Position numbers and translations under genes: made by a program. Under the pieces are notes generated by a model. That model was not told the DNA's origin, ran no database searches, and worked only from the letters and a program-made list of their open reading frames with translations. Below are positions 39,245 to 48,371 of a stretch of DNA of 64,000 nucleotides, one piece after another. The DNA lies in IMG/VR virus record IMGVR_UViG_3300027834_000005, positions 186,001 through 250,000 of that record. One strand, written 5' to 3'. The stretch's first letter is position 1. Each line of letters starts with the position of its first letter.

Positions 39245-40669
39245 ATGAATATTAATTCAATTCATAATTCTAACGAAAAAACAGACACTATCGTCATTCT
39301 GGTAGATTCATCATACGTCGGCGACAAGATCATTGCGGCTCTTATTGAGAGCAAAGATTTCAAAGTGGAAACGGCAGGAACTACACATTTAACTGTAGAA
39401 ACTTCCGAAGACGATGTTTTACAGAAAACATTATACGTGGCTACTGGTTCGTTAGATGAATTCAATGAATCCACAGGTAATATCGACGTAGTGGCTAAAT
39501 CTATTGTCGCGTATCTTAAAGGTTCACCATCTGACATATTAACAGTGGCTGCAGAAAACAATGCAGTACGCGATTGTGGCCTTGAAGCTTTATGTTCATC
39601 ATTGGTCATTGCTGACTATAACTTTTCCCTAGAAGATAAGCCATCGCCGCTTACTATCAATATTTTGTTTGATGACGAAGCAAGCGCTACTCAGGCAGGC
39701 CCTTCAGTGAGTGATGGGGTAGATGCCGGTAATGCAATCAATTATACGCGTCGTTTAGGTGACCTACCAAGTAATGTCTGTACACCTACATACATGGCGC
39801 GTCAGGCGGTGTCCCAATTCAAGCAAGATAATGTGCGTGTTAGTGTCATTGGCGAAAGTGAAGCAAAAGAGCTTAACATGGGCGGTTTCATGAGTGTTAC
39901 TCAGGGTTCCGATGAAGAAGGCAAAATCATCATCTTCGAATATACCGGCGATGCGAATAACTCAGATACGGTTGCGTTAGTTGGTAAAGCGGTTACATTT
40001 GACAGCGGTGGTATCAGTATTAAGCCAAGTGCATCAATGGAAGAAATGAAATATGACATGTGTGGCGGTGCTACGGTATTTGGTGTGATTAAAGCTGCGG
40101 CTGATATGCAATTGCCTGTTAACCTTATTGGTGTCGTAGGCGCGGTAGAAAATATGCCATCTGGCAACGCTACTCGTCCAGGTGATATCATCAATATGAT
40201 GTCCGGTAAAACTGTTGAAGTTACTAATACGGATGCCGAAGGTCGTATGGTGCTGGCTGATCTTTTAACCTATGTTGGTGAAAATTATAAGCCTACTACG
40301 GTTCTAGATTTAGCAACGTTAACTGGTGCGTGCTGCGTAGCTTTAGGTGAACATGCCGCTGGTATCTTTACTGAAGATGATGCTCTGGCCACAAGCCTAT
40401 ACGATTCTGGTCAGAAAGTGAATGACCGTGTGTGGCGCTTACCAATGTGGGAAGACTACAACAAGCAAATGGATAGTGATTTTGCAGACATGGGTAACTC
40501 AGGTAAACGTGGTGCCGGTGCTAGTACAGCTGCGTGCTTCCTTAACCGTTTTGCTAGCGACTACGACTACAAATGGGCACATATTGACATTGCTGGCGTA
40601 GCGTGGAAAGGTAAAGCTACTGGTCGTCCTGTTAAGATGTTGCTTGACTACTTGACTACGGGTAAGTAA
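39245..40669 (+). CDS. pepA: Leucyl aminopeptidase (M17)
   Basis: VGKAVTFDSGG, MKYDMCGG, ENMPSG, NTDAEGR, DLATLTGA, WAHIDIAG. Confidence 0.95.
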   Translation: MNINSIHNSNEKTDTIVILVDSSYVGDKIIAALIESKDFKVETAGTTHLTVETSEDDVLQKTLYVATGSLDEFNESTGNIDVVAKSIVAYLKGSPSDILTVAAENNAVRDCGLEALCSSLVIADYNFSLEDKPSPLTINILFDDEASATQAGPSVSDGVDAGNAINYTRRLGDLPSNVCTPTYMARQAVSQFKQDNVRVSVIGESEAKELNMGGFMSVTQGSDEEGKIIIFEYTGDANNSDTVALVGKAVTFDSGGISIKPSASMEEMKYDMCGGATVFGVIKAAADMQLPVNLIGVVGAVENMPSGNATRPGDIINMMSGKTVEVTNTDAEGRMVLADLLTYVGENYKPTTVLDLATLTGACCVALGEHAAGIFTEDDALATSLYDSGQKVNDRVWRLPMWEDYNKQMDSDFADMGNSGKRGAGASTAACFLNRFASDYDYKWAHIDIAGVAWKGKATGRPVKMLLDYLTTGK

Positions 40670-40670
40670 T

Positions 40671-42261
40671 ATGAGCCTCATGGATTTTACGAATTTCATG
40701 GGGCTAATAGAGACATATCTTATTGAGTATTTTGGGCATGCGTGGTGGGCATTTTTTCCCGCCATTCTGGTCATGATAGGAATGTTCTTTATTAGACTTC
40801 GATGTACGTATTTGTATTACGTAGAGACAGGCGAGTGGTTTCATGAGTCCAACTACAATAACAGTGAGACTTTTAATATATGGACTGCGAATCTGCCAAT
40901 AGGATTTATGCATATATTGTTCTCAGGGGTATTCACGGTCATAGCTCTTGTTTTTATAGCGATCATGTTACAGTTTCCTGTTGTGTTGGTTAGTATAATT
41001 ATTTTTGTTTTATCGACGTGGGGATTCTTTTATGTTTGCGCACGAGGAAGAAATAAAAAGTTGTTTCACGATAAATTGAGTGGTGAAGATGATGGAAATG
41101 ATTGAACTGTTTTTAATAACTCACGTAGGTAAAGGGTGGGCGTTTTTAATCCCATGGTATATGTTTATAACGTGCATGGTAGTGTGGCGTTTCAAAATTA
41201 CTCATGATTACTATGTTAAGTGCGGTGAATGGCATGACGCTTGTGATTTATTGCACGAGTTTACCGATATTAGAACAGCTAACATCTTTACCGGAATACT
41301 ACATGTAATGTTAGGGAGTATAGCTTTCATTCTTACTGCTGCGTTCTTAAAAATGTTATATACTAACCCTCCTGTGTTTTTCACTATGGCGGTGACATTC
41401 ATAGTGTTGTCATTGTTCGCTATGCTTTGTAAGCGTAATAGAAATAAATTATTATTTGTTGAAAAATTAAGCGGGAGATAACCATGGACAATTTTACTCT
41501 TTATATGGTAGATGCGTTAGGAAAAGATTGGTACGCATTACTAGGTTTATGGTTTGGTTTTGCCATTGGTATTATTATTAGATTAGTAGTGACCTATCAT
41601 AATTTCGTAAAGGACGGTGAGTGGTTTAGTGGCGCGGACGACGGCACAAATCTGCGCACGAATAACCAATTTCTAGGGTTTGTGCATGTGATATGCGTAG
41701 GATTGGTATCTATGGCGCTAGTTTCCATAATCCACTCATTCATAATGTATCCAATGGCACTTTTAGTTACTGGCTCAGTTATACTGTTCATGGTGTTATA
41801 TGTGCTAATGTGTTTGCGCGAGAGGAAGAGGCAACTGTTTGAAGATTCTTTAAAAGGTAAGGTGGGCTAATATGGAAATCTCACATGAAGTAGGAGTAAT
41901 GATAATAACAGTGCCAGCATCAATTGTGCTAGTTCTATTAATCATTAACAGAATACGTGTACATTTTAATAATTTCGTCAATGACGGTGAGTGGTTCATG
42001 AGTGAACATGACGATCTCGAAAATATTTATAATGTATTTAACAGTAGAGATACCTTCACTGGAACATTTTTTACTATAGTTATTCCTTTCGGTGTTTTTC
42101 TGATGGGCATAGCCGTGTTGTTACTATTGCGGTTTCCTATTGTCATGGGTTGCGTGTTAGGCGGAGGTGTCATAGTAGCGTTGTTTATGTGCGCATTAGT
42201 ATACTTTGGTAAACGAGAAAGAAACAAGAAGTTGTTCGAAGATAAATTGCGCGGCAAATAG
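40671..42261 (+). repeat. Four tandem paralogous membrane proteins (40671, 41080, 41484, 41872)
   Basis: Each has TM helices, a GEW(F/H) motif and a C-terminal K(K/L/RQ)LFxxxLxG. Confidence 0.8.
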
Positions 42262-42540
42262 GAAGGTATCTGATGAAGGCGTATGATTGTTTTGGGTCTA
42301 AATGTAATGGGTGTGCAGAGTACGCCGAGTATTGCAACTGCGAGATAGATAGTAATGGCAATCTTATCGATCCACAACCTATCGTATGTCCGTTTTGCGG
42401 AATCAAACCCGACATGGGCGGCAGAATGCTATCTAGAGACCAAAAAAGTACAGCCCAGATAGTTAGTCACCAAGACACTGGGAAATGTTCTCTTGATATG
42501 CTCGTGTTTAGACTTCCAGAATGGAATACTAGGCATTCAC

Positions 42541-42762
42541 ATGATTGAGATAGATTTTCATGGATGGCTTCCTGCTGCTGCCGAAGATAAGATCCATTCG
42601 ATGATAGGCGAAGCCAGACACGTAGGTGTCCCTACCCATATCAAGTTCATAACTGGGAATGGTAAAATAAAACAGATTGTTATTGATATAGCCAATACTT
42701 ATGGTGTTCACTGTCAAGAGCAACTAGGAAATAGAGGCGCTTTAATAGCGTTAATAGAATGA
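42541..42762 (+). CDS. Stand-alone Smr-domain protein
   Basis: IDFHG, FITGNG, N.GALIA motifs. Confidence 0.75.
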   Translation: MIEIDFHGWLPAAAEDKIHSMIGEARHVGVPTHIKFITGNGKIKQIVIDIANTYGVHCQEQLGNRGALIALIE

Positions 42763-43325
42763 AAGAATCAGAAGAGATACCAAAGCACGACAATTATTTA
42801 GTATTTGATTTAGAAGCTACTTGTTGCAATAAAGACAGTTTGGATCGTGACTCTATGGAAATCATAGAGATAGGCGCGGTTATGGTTGACGGTAAAACTT
42901 TCGAAATAATAGATGAGTTCTGTACATTTATTAAGCCGGTGAGAAATCCAACTCTCACTCCGTTTTGCAAAAGGTTGACGACAATCACACAGATAGAAGT
43001 TGACACTGCGCCAGAATATAAAGAAGCATTAGAATTATTCAAAAACTGGTACGCTGGTTACGAAGATGTGCTAATATGTTCTTGGGGTAACTATGACAAG
43101 AAACAATTTTCGCAAGATTCTCGTTTCCATGGTGTTGAGTCCCCAACAGCGGATAACCACTGTAATATGAAAAGAATATTCTCATTAGTGAAAGGTGTAA
43201 AAAGACGCTTCGGCGTTAAGAATGCCCTTCTTGAACTGGGGATGGAATTTGACGGTACTGCCCATCGCGGAATAGATGACGCTAGAAATACAGCGAGGTT
43301 GGCAAAGTACACATTTGGTGACTAG
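42759..43325 (+). CDS. ERI1/KapD-like DEDDh 3'-5' exonuclease
   Basis: FDLEATC, EIIEIGAV, LTTITQ, SWGNYD, HRGIDDARN. Confidence 0.9.
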   Translation: MKESEEIPKHDNYLVFDLEATCCNKDSLDRDSMEIIEIGAVMVDGKTFEIIDEFCTFIKPVRNPTLTPFCKRLTTITQIEVDTAPEYKEALELFKNWYAGYEDVLICSWGNYDKKQFSQDSRFHGVESPTADNHCNMKRIFSLVKGVKRRFGVKNALLELGMEFDGTAHRGIDDARNTARLAKYTFGD

Positions 43326-43759
43326 ATATGTCGTACAAGAAAAACGAAATTCACCCGTGGACAGTGATAGGAATGACGCTCACTATGCCCATTATGCTAT
43401 CTGTTATCGTGACAGGAAGTAATATATTACTGCATTTATGGGCGGTACTTGGGATGGTCACCGTTCTGGCATACGGCGTGTGTAGTAGGAAGTATATAGG
43501 GAAAGAACCATATAACGCAGAAGCGGACATCACAGTGGCGTTTAGTGTTATTTTCGTATGTTATATGTGTGGGCCAGCTTTTGGGTGCCAATTTTTCTAT
43601 GATAACCGCATGGAATTTAAGTCATACGCCAGAATAGCTAACAGGGGATATATATTCCCTACCAAAAAGAATAAAGAAATACATTTCCTAAAAAGATTAA
43701 ATGGGGAATTAAAAGAATAAACATTTGCATGTGATATGAAATGTATGTTATAATGCTCA

Positions 43760-44090
43760 GCATGAAAAGAATTTTTCTCTATAATAAGAGAAATGAAAGA
43801 ATAACTGTATGAAACTAGGATGAGCAAGGAGACACGCGGGTTCGACTCCCGCCGCTTCCACCAAAGTGATATTAAACGTGAAGTTTTTTGGATCTGTTAT
43901 GGGGGCGTTTTGGATTCGACCTTCTTGTGATTTGAGGTGGACAGTTCGGCAAATGTGAAAGTCGTTAAGAGAAACCCTTTTGGGTAAACTCTCATAGAAA
44001 CACTAAATATAATTGCTAATGAAGAATTATACGCTCAAGCTGCCTAATCGCGCTTGATGAGGTTAGAGTCACCTTATTATCCAACGACAC
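43760..44090 (+). ncRNA. ssrA: Two-piece (circularly permuted) tmRNA; tag (A)ANEELYAQAA*
   Basis: 3' TLD piece GCGGGTTCGACTCCCGCCGCTTCCACCA ends at 43863; 5' piece GGGGGCG..GGATTCGAC starts at 43901; tag ORF 44015-44047; terminator hairpin 44093-44117. Confidence 0.9.
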
Positions 44091-44130
44091 ACGAATGGGG
44101 ACTTAATGTCCCCATTCACTTATCAGGGAT

Positions 44131-44481
44131 TTGATAATGGACAAGCACGGCCCAGTTTTAATTAATATGATACGTAGAACAGTACCGAAATTGATAGCGG
44201 AAGATCTAGTGGGTGTACAGCCTATGATATCACCTATTGCCCGATGGGAAAAATATCATGTAGTTTGGGTAATCACGACAAGCGGTGAGTTGGTATGTAA
44301 TGGCGATGTGTATATGCTAGCGAATTACGTCAACGACAAATTCACATGTAACCTAGGTGAAGTGCTAAGCGAAGAAGAGTATTTCCTAAGAGAGCTTGAT
44401 GGCTCCAATAAAGAATTAGATAATATTACTGACGTAGGTAAGGTTTTTTCCCTAAAGACTAGATATAACAGAAACATATAG
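44131..44481 (+). CDS. Small protein carrying a T4 gp23 Gol-region-like segment
   Basis: PVLINMIRRTVPKLIAEDLVGVQPMISP ... GKVFSLKTRY. Confidence 0.65.
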   Translation: MIMDKHGPVLINMIRRTVPKLIAEDLVGVQPMISPIARWEKYHVVWVITTSGELVCNGDVYMLANYVNDKFTCNLGEVLSEEEYFLRELDGSNKELDNITDVGKVFSLKTRYNRNI

Positions 44482-44534
44482 TCACACATAATATGGCATC
44501 TCTGACTCATAAATAGAGGACAAGGAGATGTAAT

Positions 44535-45413
44535 ATGAAAGATAGTTATATATTAAACTGTGGTCCTAGTGATAAGAACGGGACCGATTGGGTATATCCA
44601 GTAGGCGCTGCGCCTTCCGAGTTACCAGAGAATTTTTCTAGAAGAAAATTTACCAGAAACGTATCCAATCAAGGAACCGTAGGTTCGTGTGTAGGCCAAA
44701 CATTAAGCGTGGTATTTAATGATACTACCCAATGTGAGTCAGTTAGTCTTTCTCCTATGTGGATATATAAGAGAGCAAAAAGGCATGACTATTGGGCAGG
44801 CGAAGATTACTCCGGCACGTCCATCTCAGGGGCCTGTTTGGCGCTTAAGAAGGAAGGCGCGTGTAAGGAGGAGTTCTATCCTTATCATGGCTCTACGGAG
44901 GATTACGAGCCTCTGACGGGTGCTATAGCTGACGCAGATAGAAGAAAGGTAATAGCGTTTTATAATTTGGCTGTTCACAGAATAGACGAGATAAAGAATC
45001 TATTACTCAAAGAATCACTGGCTTGTTCCATTGCCGTACATTCTGGATTCTATGCCGCTAAAGATGATGGGATAGTTGTTGAAGCAGGGTACGAAGCGAG
45101 TAAGTATCAAGGCGGTCATGCAATGGCCATAGTCGGATGGAAAGTTATAGACGGTATACTACATTGGGAATTCCAGAATTCATGGGGTGATAATTGGGGA
45201 GACGATGGTTTCTGTTTCATTCCTCATACGTTATTAGAGAATATAAAATCGTCTAACGTGTATTATCTAGTGACTGAAAATGAAGACAATGTTAGAATTG
45301 AAAAAGAGAAAAGAAAACGTAGTAAGTTAATGAGTATAATCGCGTATGTGCCGGAGCTGTTAGTTGAAGGCATGAGGTACTGCATTACTTATATAAAGAA
45401 TAAGTTTTCATAA
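44535..45413 (+). CDS. Papain-family (C1) cysteine peptidase
   Basis: NQGTVGSCVG, GGHAMAIVGW, QNSWGDNWGDDG. Confidence 0.9.
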   Translation: MKDSYILNCGPSDKNGTDWVYPVGAAPSELPENFSRRKFTRNVSNQGTVGSCVGQTLSVVFNDTTQCESVSLSPMWIYKRAKRHDYWAGEDYSGTSISGACLALKKEGACKEEFYPYHGSTEDYEPLTGAIADADRRKVIAFYNLAVHRIDEIKNLLLKESLACSIAVHSGFYAAKDDGIVVEAGYEASKYQGGHAMAIVGWKVIDGILHWEFQNSWGDNWGDDGFCFIPHTLLENIKSSNVYYLVTENEDNVRIEKEKRKRSKLMSIIAYVPELLVEGMRYCITYIKNKFS

Positions 45414-45498
45414 AGGTGCGGGGAGTCATGCTCCCCATAACATACCTTAATTATTTTATACCGATAAATACATATAACAAAACAAACATAAAGATATT

Positions 45499-45855
45499 AT
45501 GAGACTATTAGAATTTAACACAACAGATCCGCAAGGTCTGCTACAGAAAGTAGCCAATGACATCAAGACAGCTGAACGTAGAGATTGTCATGGTACGTGT
45601 GCGGCTGCGATTCGAACAGGTCAAGTGGAAGATGAAGATGTTGTGGTTATCGTTGGACCCAAAGGTAATGGCGGGAAGCACGGATTCCATTCAGTTATAA
45701 TTGATAGTACAGGCAACATAAAAGTAGATTCATATAGTGAACATATGACAAACTACGACAAAGAAAATGGCATATTTTATTACGACATAGGCGGGAAAGA
45801 AGTCCCAATGTCGTATAAATCGTTTGCCAAAGTAGGCAAGCTCAAAAACGCGTAA
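45499..45855 (+). CDS. Late protein (MRLLEF start), possible Cys-His-Asp fold
   Basis: GATAAATA upstream; DCHGTC..HSVI..VDS. Confidence 0.4.
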   Translation: MRLLEFNTTDPQGLLQKVANDIKTAERRDCHGTCAAAIRTGQVEDEDVVVIVGPKGNGGKHGFHSVIIDSTGNIKVDSYSEHMTNYDKENGIFYYDIGGKEVPMSYKSFAKVGKLKNA

Positions 45856-45878
45856 GCAAGTAAAAACTAGCAAACGTT

Positions 45879-45907
45879 AAAAAAGGAGACAATGTCTCCT
45901 TTTTTTA
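45879..45907. terminator. Bidirectional intrinsic terminator
   Basis: AAAAAAGGAGAC AAT GTCTCCTTTTTTT. Confidence 0.8.
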
Positions 45908-45946
45908 TACCCGTAATTATGGTATACTACACAGAAGAGGTTCATT

Positions 45947-46498
45947 ATGAAAAGGTTCAAAGAGAAAAAAATAGATTTTGAGGCATTGAAGCAATATATC
46001 AAAGACTCTAGTGAGAGTTCTGGTGTGTATATCGGTGGAGACTCAAAAACATTCAAGCATGACGGTGAGAGATACTGTGCATATTGCATTTCTGTAATTG
46101 TACATAAAGACTCTAAGCATGGCGGTAAAGGTTTCTATCATGAGATCATCGAAAGGGACTATGGCGACATTAAAGCCCCTAGAGCAAGACTTATGAATGA
46201 AGTGTATAAGGTAGTTGACGTTGCTAATGAGCTTGTAGAGTATATTGGCGATAGAAAGTTCGAAATACATTTGGACATCAATGCTTCTGAGAAGTATAAG
46301 TCTAATACAGCTATGAATGAGGCCTGTGGTCTTGTTAAAGGTGTATTTGGTGTTGAGCCAAAGATTAAGCCAGAGGCATGGGCTGCATCGACTATTTCTG
46401 ATAAATATGCTGTGAGAACTGCAAAAAGTTCAAAAAACACAGTTAAAAAGAAGAAGGCTACCAATCGTGAAAATAGAACAAGTGCTAAACGAAAATAG
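45947..46498 (+). CDS. RNase H-like protein (YkuK/DUF458 family)
   Basis: YIGGDS, RLMNEV, EIHLDIN, IKPEAWAAS..D. Confidence 0.75.
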   Translation: MKRFKEKKIDFEALKQYIKDSSESSGVYIGGDSKTFKHDGERYCAYCISVIVHKDSKHGGKGFYHEIIERDYGDIKAPRARLMNEVYKVVDVANELVEYIGDRKFEIHLDINASEKYKSNTAMNEACGLVKGVFGVEPKIKPEAWAASTISDKYAVRTAKSSKNTVKKKKATNRENRTSAKRK

Positions 46499-46913
46499 AC
46501 AGACCCTATTCCATGGGACAAACGCTAAGAGCGCGTATAATATTCTCAGTAGCGGAAAGATAGAACCGCGAACCGAACAAGTATTAGACGGCAGGAAAAT
46601 AAAAGGTGTGAGTACCAGTAGAAGTAAGAAGTTTTCTTCTGATTGGGGCGAAGTTATATTTGAATTTGATGCTGATCGTCTCAAGCACCATAACAAAGTG
46701 GTGCCTGTAGATTTCCTTCATAACTCCCCTCAGTACGATGTTGAAAAAAGGCATTGTAGTGAGGAATTTGTTATTGGAGAGTTGAACGACGTGAAAAGAT
46801 GCCTTAAAGCCATCTATCTTAAAAGCACCGTTAGGCAGAGTCCGTACTACGATGACTTGCTGGATTTGCTGTATAGTGAATATAGAGATGCCGAAATGGT
46901 GGAGATGTATTGA
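46467..46913 (+). CDS. Putative ADP-ribosyltransferase-fold protein
   Basis: LFHGT..ILSSG..GVSTS..EEFV pattern; MKIEQVLNE start. Confidence 0.55.
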   Translation: MKIEQVLNENRQTLFHGTNAKSAYNILSSGKIEPRTEQVLDGRKIKGVSTSRSKKFSSDWGEVIFEFDADRLKHHNKVVPVDFLHNSPQYDVEKRHCSEEFVIGELNDVKRCLKAIYLKSTVRQSPYYDDLLDLLYSEYRDAEMVEMY

Positions 46914-46962
46914 CGTACTAATTTCTTTGTGCTATAATACAGCTCGTTAAAAGGAATTAACT

Positions 46963-47550
46963 ATGAAACTAAGTGATAATTTTTACTTGAGTGAGTTTCT
47001 TGAATCAGAAACCGCCGTAGAACTAGGCGTGGAAGATGAGCAGAATAACCCACCACAAAATGTAATAGAAAATCTTACATATCTTGCAAAAACAACACTG
47101 CAGCCATTACGTAGCTATCTCAACTATGGGGTAGGCCTCAATAGTGGCTGGCGTTGTAAAGCTGTTAATGACGAAGTCGGTTCTTCCGATGTGTCTCAGC
47201 ACTTACACGGTGAAGCGAGCGATATTGATATCAGTGACGCTATGCTAACTGATACTGATGCTGTTGTCAAGCATGTTATTGAAGATTTAAACCGACGCAT
47301 AGAACGTATATGCGGGAAAAGACCAAGAGCGGACGTAAATTCTAATTACTACGCATGGGCTTACTACTGTATCCATCTGGATGAGCTTGATATCGATCAA
47401 GTGATTCATGAGTATGGAAGTGATGGTAAACCTAGTTGGATACACGTAGCCTCTTCAGGCTCAAAAGACAGACGCAGAATCACCATCAAACGATCAGGTG
47501 ATAGATATGTGGATATGACATTAGAGCACGCCTTATTGTTAGGCTGCTAA
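46963..47550 (+). CDS. Peptidase M15A (endolysin-like)
   Basis: LSDNFYLSEF, NSGWRC..VN..VG, SQHLHGEASDI, WIHV. Confidence 0.85.
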   Translation: MKLSDNFYLSEFLESETAVELGVEDEQNNPPQNVIENLTYLAKTTLQPLRSYLNYGVGLNSGWRCKAVNDEVGSSDVSQHLHGEASDIDISDAMLTDTDAVVKHVIEDLNRRIERICGKRPRADVNSNYYAWAYYCIHLDELDIDQVIHEYGSDGKPSWIHVASSGSKDRRRITIKRSGDRYVDMTLEHALLLGC

Positions 47551-47602
47551 GTCCCCGCACTATCTTATGGAATAAAAACTGGAAATACTAAAGGAAATTG
47601 TT

Positions 47603-48361
47603 ATGGAAGACAACAGGGAAATTGATGCGCTTGGCGAAATTGAAGCCTTGAGAACCAGTGGGAAATCGGTTATGGATATAGCCAAAGAGCTTGACATCCC
47701 AGTGGATATCGTAGCTAATAAACTTCACGAACAGGGCAGCATCAAAGTGAGCAATAAATATTTAGATAACGACGCTAATAAACTTAAAGTCATCGACATG
47801 AAAAGCGAAGGCATGAAATATCAAGACATCGCGGATATAGTGGGACTTAGTAAAAGTGCCGTATCTAGATTCTTGAGAAAAGCCACACATAAAGATTGGT
47901 GGGCAACTCAGGATGCAGTTAAGCCTGTGTTAACTGAAGGTCCTACTAGATCTGAAGTCAAAAGCCAGTCCACGACTTCGAAAAGACCATCTTCTCCGCC
48001 GTCTCCTAAAGCAACTGAAACACTAAACAGTGATTTAGTTAAAGAGACTGTAGCCGCCTTAAATGATGAAGGTAAGACGTATAACGAGATTAGTGATGTG
48101 ACCGGCGTGACCTATCATAACGTACGTAACTTCCTTTTGGGGAATACCTACAAAACGTGGTGGGATAAACGAGTGGTTGCTGAATCAAAAGTCGAAGACA
48201 TAATCGATGAATTGCTTGAAGAAGTTGAAAGTGAAGTGGAAGATGTGATAGAAGCAACACGTCACACTGATTTGAATGGTATGGCTAGAGGGTCTGCCAA
48301 GATTGTAATCGGTTTGGCATTGGGCGCACTAGCAATCACCGCAGCAATAATTTTGGTATAA
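47603..48361 (+). CDS. Multi-HTH protein with C-terminal TM anchor
   Basis: Three HTH-like units (e.g. IA..GLSKSAVSRFL..WW); hydrophobic C-terminus. Confidence 0.6.
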   Translation: MEDNREIDALGEIEALRTSGKSVMDIAKELDIPVDIVANKLHEQGSIKVSNKYLDNDANKLKVIDMKSEGMKYQDIADIVGLSKSAVSRFLRKATHKDWWATQDAVKPVLTEGPTRSEVKSQSTTSKRPSSPPSPKATETLNSDLVKETVAALNDEGKTYNEISDVTGVTYHNVRNFLLGNTYKTWWDKRVVAESKVEDIIDELLEEVESEVEDVIEATRHTDLNGMARGSAKIVIGLALGALAITAAIILV

Positions 48362-48371
48362 GGGAGTCATT

